Source: Octopus vulgaris (Eukaryota). Taken from it: a stretch of DNA of 64,000 nucleotides. Below the pieces are notes generated by a model. The model searched no databases. It was not told where the DNA came from and was given only the letters and a program-made list of their open reading frames with translations. The first letter of the stretch is position 1. Every line of letters starts with the position of its first letter. The stretch covers positions 3,038,001 through 3,102,000 of the forward strand of contig OX597827.1 of NCBI GenBank assembly GCA_951406725.2, written 5' to 3'. The position numbers and the translations under genes are program-made. Positions 1-13,599 of the stretch are shown here, piece after piece.

Positions 1-53
1 TTCCGATGATACAGAGCTGTTGTCAATTTATCGCTGGGATTGGGTTCCGACAT
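1..53 (-). CDS. Candidate start of a minus-strand host-gene ORF (MSEPNPSDKLTTALYHR...), running off the window edge
   Basis: Minus strand reads (ttta)n-tttacag|TATCAG at 89/88, a good acceptor. Only one frame stays open to the window edge; it starts at ATG 53-51 after in-frame stops. The sequence is non-repetitive. Protein not recognised. Confidence 0.35.
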   Translation of the reverse strand, partial: MSEPNPSDKLTTALYHR

Positions 54-538
54 TTACTTTTACATCGAACACTTTGTACTATCTGATACTGTAAATAAAT
101 AAATAAATAAATGAATACAGAAAAAATATTCACTTTTTTTTGCATAATTGGTTTGTCTGTTTGTCATAACCATTTTGTGTTTTTTCCTTTTTTTCTCTCT
201 CTTTTATCTTGTTTTTCTCATTTTCCCTGAAATTGCCCAGTTATTTTGTCAGCCCATTTGATTCTTTGGCAAAATATTATTCTTGTTTTTGTTCATGTTT
301 ACTGATAATATATAAGGGAAATTAGCAGCCCTACCATTTCCTCTGTTTATACATTTATTTATTCATTTATTTATCATATAGTTTTTTGTGTGTGTGTTCT
401 TGATCTTTTTGTTGTTTTTACTTATTTGTTTCGTAGTCTTGGTTGTGCACCAACTACAATTAAAGTGCTTGTCATTCAACCATCCTTCTCTGCTCTACAA
501 TCTCTCCACTTACACAAACTTCCTCTATTTGCTTCCCT

Positions 539-575
<37 letters not shown>

Positions 576-1236
576 CTCCATATAAACATTACATTGCATT
601 ATTCACTCTCTTCTTAACCAACTAACCACTGTTATATAATATATGCCTGTGCATTTCCTGTGTCTATTGATGAAGTAAGAGCCATCCAGCCAGTCAGTCA
701 TCTATCTACCATCGATCTATCAATCTTTCCATTCACCTAGCTCTACATTAATCCATCAATCTACTCTCTTCATACCTCCATCCACTTATCTACTTTTTGA
801 TCCATTGATCCATTTAACCTATCCAACCATCCATCTTGCCATCCACCCATCCAACCATTTATCCAATCATCCATATCTTTTTCCATCTATGCTCTGGACC
901 CATCTACTTACCAGTCCAGCCATTTTCCATCCACCCGATCATCTCTCTGTCCATCCATTTATTTCTCCAATCCATCCATCAATCAATCCATTAATCTTAC
1001 CACCAATCTGGCCATCCTCTCATCCAATGATTCTTTGATCCATCTGTCCCTGCTTAGTGCAATGACATTACCTGGTTTCTATATCAGTGGCTAACAGAGA
1101 AGAGAGGGTAAAGTTTCCTCGACACACAGCTAGATGTTACCTCTCACTTGTAAACAGCTCATTTAGGCTACAAGACAGACATGCTGCCAACTGCATTTGA
1201 AATAACAATCCCATCTCCCTTAAATTACGCCATACC

Positions 1237-1470
1237 CATTTCTTTACAACCCACAAGGGGCTAAACACAGAGGGGACAAACAAGGACAGACAAATGGATT
1301 AAGTCGATTACATCGAACCCAGTGCATAACTGGTACTTAATTTATCGACCCCGAAAGTATGAAAGGCAAAGTCGACCTCGGCGGAATTTGAACTCAGAAC
1401 GTAACGGCAGACGAAATACGGTTACACTGCATTTCGCCCAGCGTGCTAACATTTCTGCCAGCTCGCCACC
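1237..1470 (-). mobile_element. SINE family B (tail type 1)
   Basis: Reverse complement of 13828-14058. Confidence 0.88.
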
Positions 1471-1774
1471 TTGCTGTCTTTAAAAAACAACAGAAAGAAG
1501 CAATGGATCATGTAGTCCTAGATATACAAAATGATGAAGCAGTCACGGATGAAATGTTTTATCATTGGTTAACTGAATCAAGTCTGACCTGGGGCATAGC
1601 AACAACAACAACAACAACAATAACAAAAAAGCTATTTCATTTTATTCCCATTTCATTCCCATTATAATAAACCATATATGACTGTAGCAAATTAATAAAT
1701 TTGATAGGGCAGTAATTTTTTTCTCTTGCACTTAATGTTCTGAATTTATAAACATTTATGGGAATGAAAAAGAA

Positions 1775-2890
1775 GTCTTTCAGGTGTGAGTTTTTCACAG
1801 ATTGGGCAGAATAAGTTGGACAAACAGGGAAACAAACACTGCAATACTAGAACAGCTGAAAGTCCAAAGGCCCTATTATTAAGAATCAAGTCCACAAATC
1901 TATCATATTTTGGACATACAATATGCTATGAGTTATTGCCCAAGTCCAAAAGCAGTCCTATCATTTCCTCTCTTAATATGATTATCTATTTATTTGTTTG
2001 CTTATTTATTTATTATATTTTTGTATGTGCACTTGTTCTTTTTAATTTTTACTTCGTTATTTCTTAGTATTAGCTGTACACCAGCTACAGTTAAAGTGCT
2101 TGTCATTCAACCAGCTTGGACACTGTACACAGTAATGAAGAAATAGAAGCCTTTGAGATGTGGATCTTTATCAGTTTGGGCAGAATAAGTTGAAAAAACA
2201 GGGTAATAAATACTGCAGTACTAGAAAAGCTGGAAACCCAGACAACTATTGTCGAGAATAAAGTTCACAAAAGCTATTATATTTTGAGCATAAAATGTGC
2301 CATGAGTAATTGTCTAAGACATCCTCACAGAGAGTATGGAGAAGAAGTGAGTAAGAGGCCATCTGAGATGTTTGTGGACTAGCAGCATCAAGGAATAGGC
2401 AAGGCAAAAGGAGCATGACTGACTGTATGCATATAGCATAGTAGAAAGGGGACTGAAGAGCCTTGACAAAGAGAACCCTGGACACAGGAAGGACACCTGG
2501 CTGGTGGTTGATGAATGCTCTACGTATTCAAACAAGTCTGGCAAACATGTCTATGTCTAATCAAAGACATCTGAAAGAAGGATACAGGAAACTATGTTCA
2601 TAAGCTTTTGTGGAAATTCTTTGAGCTTGTCTAGGAAATAACTTGGACAACATCACAAATGAAGAAGTTGGTGAAATTATCCTGCATTATATTAATGTCC
2701 ATGAAGACCCTCTCTCAACAGTGAAGAAAGTAAAAGTCAAAACTATATGACTATGTAACAAGGCCCAGCGGCATTGCTAAAACCATTCCTCAAGGAATCA
2801 TGGAAGAAAAGGAAAGGTGGACATAGGAAGAAAGTAGACACAAAACATCAAGGAATAGACAGGCAAATTATTAGTGGAGACATTAGTTCT
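1775..2890 (+). mobile_element. Fragmented RTE-clade LINE 3' region (duplicated segments)
   Basis: IEAFEMWI...RIS(W)..RV and LxYFGH-type motifs at 2140-2310, with a second copy at 1780-1945 and a further fragment at 2690-2890. Confidence 0.6.
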
Positions 2891-3094
2891 AGCACACCTA
2901 AGTCCTTCTTTGGCCTTTATCATCATTGGTCAATGTAGGGTCAGTAACTTCTTTCATTACCACCTCTGCCATACCTGGGCTGCTTCCAGGAGCTTCAACT
3001 CTCCACTCAGGGATACACCACAAAGGGAAGACAAGTTAATATATTCACAACATTCATAGCACTACAGGGGATGTCAGAAATTGGTTAAGTATAA

Positions 3095-3343
3095 AAGGGT
3101 TAAGAGCCCCTTTGGTCATGAATGACCATGGGATTGCAGCTAGACAGTTCCCCTCTGAGTCTGGGTAAGATTGTTTATGGAAGACCAGCAGTCACCTACA
3201 CATACCAGCCTCTACTCTCCACGAGCAAAGTGAAAATAAAGTGTCTTGCTCAAGAATGCAACACACAGCCTGGTCTGGGAAATAAACTCACTACCTCATG
3301 ATTGTGAACCTGACTTCCTAAACACTGAGCCATATGCTTCCAC
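3095..3343 (-). mobile_element. tRNA-derived SINE family F with 13-bp TSD
   Basis: Minus head TGGCTCAGTG..TTAG...GAGTTTATTTCCC, then GTTCTTGAGCAAGACACTTTATTT. TSD TGGTTAAGTATAA at 3082-3094 and 3344-3356. Related heads at 24590-24745, 49385-49500, 56430-56570 and 60030-60150. Confidence 0.7.
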
Positions 3344-3381
3344 TGGTTAAGTATAACCATATATATGGTTATACTTAACCA
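3344..3381. repeat. Perfect 38-bp palindrome
   Basis: TGGTTAAGTATAACCATATATATGGTTATACTTAACCA equals its own reverse complement. Confidence 0.95.
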
Positions 3382-4204
3382 TATATATCATTAAGTATAA
3401 CCATATATATTTGGCATATGGTTCCTCTCTCAAGATTTTCTGTAGGGGTTTACTCACCAAATCTTTTTAAAATAAGTTAGCACATGGGGCTGCAGAGGTA
3501 TGAATTTAGAGTTATTATTCTTCTAGACAGATGTCCCTAAAGAGGTTAATGTGTCTCATTTACCATGTCCATATACTAACATTTCCCACCCTCAGGCATA
3601 ACCTTTGGATTCACTCACATAACTCAACAGGTCAGTAAAGACCAGGTCCTGGGATGCAGCTGCAACCATACATGGCAACTACTAGGAGGCATATGTGAGC
3701 TAGATACTTGAATGAGAACCAAGAGATCTTGAAGGGAGCCCCAAAGAGGAGTGACTGCTCTTCACTGTGCAGTACTATCCTTCCTCTTGCAATGAGCACA
3801 ATCAGGACAACAGGTATTACGGTAGGTCACAATGACATCCTTCACTTCCACCAGAAGTTGAGGGCCCGAGCTAACTCTAACTGCAAGGAATGAATGTAAA
3901 ATGTCATTGCCAAGAACAAATATGTCAAAAATCTCATTTCTCTGCTCTCATACATCTGAAGCCTATTGATATTAAAATCAATAACAGAATCGATAATACA
4001 TTGAACACTGGTAGTTTTATTTATTAATGAGTATTATATTGCAACCTCAGGGTCTTCTTTGACTTTCATCTTCTGTAGTTCAATACAATAAGGTACCAGT
4101 AAAGCACTGGGGCTGATATAATCAAATAGACCCTCGAACAAATCTTATGGCATTGTAACCATATTTGAAGTCAATATTGTTGTTCTTTAACTGCAGGCTC
4201 CAAT

Positions 4205-6140
4205 TTCTAAAATTTGAAACCTGTTTTCATATACACTCAACAGATTAGACTGTTGGAGAAGAAAAGAATCCTAACATTGGGCTACAACAAGTAACCTTAG
4301 ATGCCAAGAACCTTCCTAAGTATCCTAGCTGTTCCTGGCCTATTTCCTCTATCTATCTGTTCAGATCTTTAGGGATAGTTCCCTATGCACCTATAACTAT
4401 TGGGATATATTTTACCCACATTTTCCATAGTCTCTGTAATTCAGATCCTGGTACTTTGCTATTTTTCTATACGTCTCTTATTAATGTTTTCATCATTTAG
4501 GACTGTAAAGTCAAATATCTGGCACTTTCTATTCTCTTTATCTACTACTACCAAACCAGGCCTTCTAGTTTCTATTACTCTGTCAGTCTGAATGTTAAAG
4601 TCCCATAACATCTTATATTTCTTACTTTCTAGTACTTTACTAGGTCCCTGTTCATACCATTTATCAGTATGTTCAAATCCTAGCTTTCTACATAACTCCC
4701 ACTGGATTACTCTCCCTAGATTGTCATGTCTTTACTTGTATTCTTTCTGTGCCAGCATGCTACATTCATACACTATATGAGTAACACTTTCCTATTTTGA
4801 TTTGCATAATCTACACTGGGAATCTACTTGGTTTTTGTCTATCTTGGCTTTTATCCAATTAGTCCTTAATGCTTGATCTTATGCAGCTATTAACAAGCTT
4901 TCTGTCTCCCTCTTCAGCTTTCCTTTCTGCAACCATAACCATATCTCACTAATACTATATGCTGCAACTATCTTTGGGAATCTACCATGCAACACCTTCT
5001 CTTGCCAGTCCGATAATTTCTGTTCTTTCTTCTGGTTTTTAAGTTTGTTGGGGTTTTTGGTCTCCCTATATCTTTATTTTAATAAACTTTCTTCACTATT
5101 ACCTACATAGGTGTTTATATCTACTCTAGTTAACTCCATACAGTCTTCTACTGATATTAACCCCCCCTCTTCCTCCTTCCTTCTAGGTAGGTATAATCTT
5201 GCTATTCCTTACATTTGTATTGAATTCTTTCCTAGTTCTTCTGTCTAGCTTTGCTAATTCAGTTTTTGTCCAATCTACAAAAGTTGCTGAGTATCCAAGT
5301 TTTTACAGCATTCACCAGATTCGGATCCTTTAGCCTTGACTTCAATAGCTTCCCCACCCTTCTGAAAGTACTCCTCAATTTTCTCAATTTGTGTTTTCAT
5401 TTCTGTAGTTAGTACCTTGTCAGATTCTAATACTCCTAAATATTTTTAGCTCTCTCCTCCTTTCAATGATTTTAATGTCTGGCCACCTATTAATTGGATG
5501 CCTTCATTGTTGACTACCTGTTCCCTTCTCATGACTAATTTTGCACACTTATCAATGCCAAATTCCATGCCTATATCTTTGTTGAAGAGTCTAACAGTCT
5601 GTATTAAGGAATCTATCACTTTTTCATTATTACTAAAAAGCTTCAGATCAAATGGTTATTTTTCCCTTGCTATTTCTGAACTGATACCTTGCTTTGCCTT
5701 CCCTAATACTAAACTGAGGGGGGTCAAAAGGAAGACAAATATTAAAGGGGACAACAAGTCCCCTTAGAAAGTTCCTCTTTTGATATTAACTTTCCCTAAC
5801 AGTATGTCACCTGAGTATAGATCTTCTTTCCGTTTCTTCATGCTAAAGCTAATTAATTCTCTTATGTTGTCTGCTATACTGAATATATTCAAACATTCAC
5901 TTATCCATGAGTATGGGATCATGTCTTAGGCTTTCCTATAATCTATCCATGCTATTGTTAGATTTTTCTTTCTAGTTTTTACTTCATTTAGAACTACTTT
6001 GTCATGCATTTCTCTCAGCTCTTTGCTACAACCTTTCTGTTCTTCTGGTAGTAAATAAGGGTTGTCAAAGGGCTTGTAAATGCTTTCTGAAAGAATTTTT
6101 GTAAACAGCTTCTACACTAATGGTAAGCAAGTAATTGCTT
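4205..6140 (-). mobile_element. Decayed R4/Dong-like site-specific (RLE) non-LTR retrotransposon, 5'-truncated
   Basis: Minus-strand conceptual translation with stops and frameshifts: ITCLPL, LPEEQKGC, WIDYRKA, GDLLSPL, GMEFGIDKCAK, KYLGVLE, LYLPRRKEEGGLISVE, CRLC...THIV.EC (CCHC), ILWDFNIQTD...RRPGL (RLE), GTARILRKVLGI* (stop 4297-4299). Confidence 0.85.
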
Positions 6141-6172
6141 GTGTCTATAGCAGAAAGAATTGTTATTATTAT

Positions 6173-6710
6173 TGAGTGAAAGAGCAATGCATGTCATCAA
6201 AGTGACACTGGGGTATAAATATACAAAGTCCAATATACCCATCATGACTATTCATGTGATAAGGGCACACCAGGCACATGCATCACAACCATATATGCAA
6301 GGCATGGTGATCTCAAATCAAGATAAACTGGACTTCACCTTGCAGGTGAGGACCAGTTAGGATTTTCTTTGGGTCAAGTAGCCCATCCAGCTCAAAATGT
6401 CCCGGAATAAGGTTTGTTCAAGGATGATAAACGAAACACTCATGTTTCCAGAGATGAATTATTCAGGCCCCAAAGAATCCTCTCAACACATGGCTATGAT
6501 GCTTCCCAACTACTTCTGCTCATGATCAGAGATGCACATATTGTCAGCCACTAAGGGACATTGTGCTCAACTGGTTAAGGTCAAGCAACTGATACAAAAA
6601 TCCGTGGTATTGAGCAGAATATTTACTGTAGCCCATCTTTTATACCAAGGCAAAATATATTCATTCAGTTAAGATCAGAAGCCATGAGAGCTACTGCTTA
6701 GTAGCATGTC
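6173..6710 (-). mobile_element. Non-autonomous element family D inserted in (TAA)n
   Basis: Reverse complement of 33518-34073. (TTA)n on both sides. Confidence 0.8.
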
Positions 6711-6762
<52 letters not shown>

Positions 6763-6969
6763 TTTATTTTTAAGGTGGCAAGTTGGTAGAACTGTTAGCA
6801 CGCTGGACAAAATATCTCATGGCATTTCATCCAACATTATATTCTGAGTTCAAATTTCCACAAGGTCGATTTTGAAGTCAATAAAATAGTTAGCACTTGA
6901 GCACTGGAACATAATCAAATACCACTTGTTTCCAAACTTTTGGGCATTGAGCCCATAGTAGAAAGAATT

Positions 6970-7335
6970 ACTTGCTTTAGTCATTAGACCGTGGCTACAC
7001 TGGAGCACCACTGGAAGAATTTTTAGTTGAAGGAATTGACCCCAGTTCTTATTTTATGTTAAGCCAGGTACTTCTTATTCTATTGGTTTCTTTTTGCTAA
7101 ACCTCTAAATTACAAGCACAAACACCCACCAACGCTGGTTGTCAAACCATGGTGGAGACAAAGATACAAAGACGCACACACATATGTATGACAGGCTTCT
7201 TTCAGTTTCTATCCACGAAATCCACTCACAAGGCTTTGGTTGGCCCAAGGCACTTACCTGAGGTGCCACACAGTGGGACTGAACCCAGAACCATGTGGTT
7301 GGGAAGCAAGCTTCTTTCTTACTACATAGCTATGC
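6970..7335 (-). mobile_element. SINE family A, older copy
   Basis: Diverged reverse complement match. Further partial or old copies at about 7570-7735(+), 15025-15240(+), 23340-23462(-), 26410-26570(-), 48758-49100(-), 51045-51195(-), 54230-54500(+), 57610-57765(-), 59080-59215(-) and 63883-64000(-). Confidence 0.75.
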
Positions 7336-8455
7336 CAGGAGATTGTTTTTCTTCTTTTTATTGCACCTGTGTCTACTTATTTACCTTAATGTTCTGATTT
7401 CAAATTTTAAGGGATTCACTTTCATGCCAGCTTTCAGTACAGATGACAACAACAATAAGGAGTTGCTGTTTAACCCTTGATCATTTCATACTGAGTAAAC
7501 TTATGCTCAAAATGGCCTGTTCCAACCATGGCCATTCCATAAATTAAAAGAATTTTTTTTTTTGTAATTAGAAGTGTGGCTGTTTGATAAGAAATTTGCT
7601 TCCCAAGCACATGGTGATGGGTTGTCTCACAGTGTAGCACAATGGGCAAATGTCTCCTACAATAGCCACAGATGAACCCAAAGCCTTGTGAGTGGATTAG
7701 GTAGACAGAAACTGAAAGAAGCCTGTCACGCATGTGTGTGTGTGTGTGTATGTGTGTGTGTGTGACTACAATTAATTAATTGAAACAGGTAACAGATATA
7801 AAGATAAAAATATTTAATGCTTTAGATACCAAACTGCCTGAAACCACTGGTTCTATAACACAATCTTCCTCTTTTAAACTGATTTAAATTAAAACCTTAC
7901 CTTCAAAATTGAACGTTAATTTATATTCCAAACTCCCAGCCAGATAATGACAAAGTTATTTTACTAAATTCTTCATTATTTTCAACCCCAGTACTTTAAG
8001 AAAGTGTATTTTAAGAAAAATACGGTAACAGAAGGTGAAGCCTACATTCTCCAAAATCTCCTGTTTCTTAAAATACAATACAATTTGAGAGAGATTTGAT
8101 TGCTATTAGTAGAAGGTTGAACAGCAGCATACAAGCTCTGTCAGCTCACGAAGAATACACTCTAAATAGTAATAGTCACATACTAAAGTCAATTCATTTC
8201 AAATCATAACCCTGCCATTAAAATATGTGACCTTGTGCTAAAGAGAAAAAAAAAGAAAAGAAAACGAACGCTGTTACCCTTACTATTGTGTAAGAATTCA
8301 TTGCTTAATGTAAAGAAACCATTACTCTCAGAAGAAGAAGAAGAAAAAACGATTGTCATCGTCATCGTCATCATCAGTGTTATTTGTATTTTAGTAGTCA
8401 TATTTTTATTGCATGTTTTCACTGCACAACATGCTTAGCTATGTGTGCCTTGGGT

Positions 8456-10540
<2,085 letters not shown>

Positions 10541-10549
10541 CACACTTAT

Positions 10550-10660
10550 TTTCACTTTATTGAAAATACTCCACATACTGTGTGTGTGTTCAGTGCCTAG
10601 TAGTGCTATTTTCTGCATGCTATATATAAAGTCTAAGTTGTGGGATTTTGTATTATTAAT
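10550..10660 (-). mobile_element. 3' end relic of an R4/Dong-like LINE
   Basis: Translates [11 protein letters not shown], matching the conserved QKxALLGTAHILR C-terminus of this clade. Confidence 0.5.
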
Positions 10661-11395
10661 ATTATCAACATTACTATTTTGTTGTTGTTGTTGTTATATT
10701 TAGAATTTTATTTTGAAATTAAAGAAAGATTAGAAAAAAAAATCTGTAGAAAAGAAGGCAACCTGCTCTGTAAAAATTTCTTCATTCGAAATCTTCGACT
10801 TGGAGAGATATTGATCCAAAGTTGAGCTGCTCCATAAGGCAAGAATCATTTATCTTCCTCACATGCACAAACTGCATGTCAGGAAAGCTGTGTCACATTT
10901 TCAATGCCTCTTCCATAATTTTTTTTTCCTCTCAAAAGGAGCAGAGCAGTAACCTGCTAGTATGCACACACTAGCTTTCCAGATATTACATTATGTAAGT
11001 GCGTGCGTATCTAAGCATGTACATGAATGTATATCTGAATATATGAATCAGTCTATCTATCTATCTTTCTATGTATCTATCAATCTATCTATCTATATAT
11101 CTATACACACACACACACATACATTTGGTTTCTATTATATATATATAAAATAGCGTTTATATGTGTGTGTAGAGAGAGCGGGGGAGAGACACAGACAGAG
11201 AGACAAAGAGAGATCTATGTATGTACACACCATAGAACTTCTGTTCAATACAGCACACTCTCCACAATATAGCTCCCTCTCTCCCCTCGACTCTTCATTT
11301 CCTCTCCTTAGTTTTACATTTCCTCTTTTCTTTTTCAAGTACAAATTCAGTCACCAACAGTGTTAATTTTACATATCTTCTAGGTCAATACGCAC

Positions 11396-11453
11396 TGGTA
11401 ATGCACTGGTGTTGGTTCAAATTTCACCTTCTCCTCATCGCAATCCACACATC
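11396..11453 (-). other. Candidate 58-nt exon of the minus-strand gene (UTR, or coding GCVDCDEEKVKFEPTPVHY in phase 1)
   Basis: Acceptor gtatttttgtag|GATGTG at 11454/11453 and donor CA|gtgcgt at 11396/11395. Unique, more GC-balanced island among repeats. Confidence 0.35.
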
Positions 11454-11884
11454 CTACAAAAATACAGCCATATTCCAATGTAAGAAATTATTATATCAAT
11501 GCATATTTCTGCTACTGTTGTTATTCTCTTAGCCTCCATTTTACCTGAGTAGGTCTATGAACATTCCATCCAGAGCCATCCTCTCCTTCTCTTGAGTATT
11601 GTGTATCTAGGAGTATATCATCCAATATGTCACCACTTTTGTCAAGAAAGTAGAGAGCAATTTGAGGGAGGATTTGCTCCTATTCTTAACAGGGTTGAGT
11701 GAACCTATACATGTCACCTTGTGGTTTTGTTGCTGTTATAATTCTTGTTGTATACAAGGGTTTATTCATCTGAATGTTTTCCTATTTCATGGTCTGTTAC
11801 ACATTGGGCTGCCCCTGGGGGGCTCCACCAGCAAATTAGTTTTCTTCTATGTGAAGAGGTTGCAAGTCCCTCATTTGATCTTTT

Positions 11885-12480
11885 ATCTTTTACTTATCTT
11901 TGTCATTGGACTGCAGTTATACTGGGACACTGTTTTGAAGAATTTACTCAAACAAATTCACCCCAGTACTTAGTTTTCTTTAAGTCTGGCACTTTTTCTA
12001 TTGGTCCCTTTTTGTCAACCCACTAAACAGGACATAAACACACTAACACCGGTTGTGGTTGTGGGGATCAAACACAAAGGCATACACACACACATATATA
12101 TATACAAAAGGACTCTATCAGTTTCTTATTCCTTTACTGCCCACAAGGGGCTACACATAGAGGGGACAAACAAGGACAGACAAATGGATTAAGTCAATTA
12201 TATCGACCCAAGTGCATAACTGGTACTTATTTAATCGACCCCGAAAGGATGAAAGGCAAAGTCTACCTCGGCAGAATTTGAACTCAGAACGTGGTGGCAG
12301 ATGAAATACTGCTAAGCATTTCACCCAGCGTGCTAACTATTCTGCCAGCTTGCCGCCTTATCAGTTTCTATCAGTTTCTGCCAACCAAATCAAAGATATG
12401 CTTGAAACTTGCCTAAGGTGCCACACAATGCAACTGAACCTGCAACCATGTGGCTGAGAAGCAAACCTCTTACCACAAAA

Positions 12481-12483
<3 letters not shown>
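11885..12483 (-). mobile_element. SINE A interrupted by a nested SINE B (12126-12358)
   Basis: Family A halves at 11885-12125 and 12361-12483. The inserted B copy is flanked by a TATCAGTTTCT duplication. Confidence 0.75.
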
Positions 12484-12523
<40 letters not shown>

Positions 12524-13599
12524 TAAATTAGAGATTTTTCCCTGTAAGTTTGGATTTATTCCCTAATATTTATTATTATATATATATATATATATATCCT
12601 TATATCTTAAATACTAAACAAAATGTCCTATTGTTGTTATTGCTTTCTACTGCATTACTTGTGTTTTGGCAGCCTCTTGACCCAGCATAAATTTCTATTG
12701 CATATTATAATTTGGACCGACAGACAAATGATGTATTAGAGCTGCTGTAGTCTCTTGAACTAAATATAGTAAATATTTCCAGTAGACCAATGGTGGAATA
12801 AAAAAAAATAACAGGCATGATTTGAACTTGGTCACACAACAGCAAAATAGATTACTGCTCAGCGCGTTACCATTTGTGCCACCTTTACAGACCTAATAAT
12901 AATAATATCACAATGAAGTGAATTAAGATAATAGCAACAATAATAGTTTCAGATTCTGGCCCAAGTTCAATAATTTTAAGGAGTGGAGTCAGTTGCATGA
13001 TTATGTATTTTGCATGTTTTTGAATTAAGTAAGGACTGGAGTTAAACAAAGTTTCATATTATATATTCAAGAGGATTAATAAAGTTCATTGATTAGTTAT
13101 CATTAGTTGTATTCATGCAACATCTTGCTGGAAGCAAATTAATTCTATGAGTGTTTCTCCAGTGCAACATAACGAGTGAACTTGCCTATATATATATGTT
13201 GTAATGTAAGAATTGTAAAGCATATACAAAAATATATTTTACATGGTACATGCATAATCTGTTACAGACCTCTCAATATGTTGGACAGGGTGGTTAGATG
13301 TACTCTTTATATAAAAAAGCTGGCAGTTAACCAAGTTTTGCCTTTGGTTGTTCATGACAGCTGTAAACGATTGGGGGTGAAACTCAGAATAGACGACCAG
13401 CTTTTGATATAAAAATACATCTATAGCCTTATAGATATAGAGAGACGGATAGAGATGCAGTTCAAGTATCTTTCCTTCCTGCATCTCTAGAGTACAGTGC
13501 TTTTGAGAAAGTAACATTGAAGCCCAAAGTTATCTTGAAAACTATAAGAGCTGCATGTGGCTCATGCACCACAGTTTGGCCACTGCTAGTTTATACATT

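Noticed and set aside
2-94. Plus-strand open frame SDDTELLSIYRWDWVPTF... with donor-like gtaaat
   Set aside because: Weak donor, and the other splice signals in the window favour the minus strand; not fully excluded.
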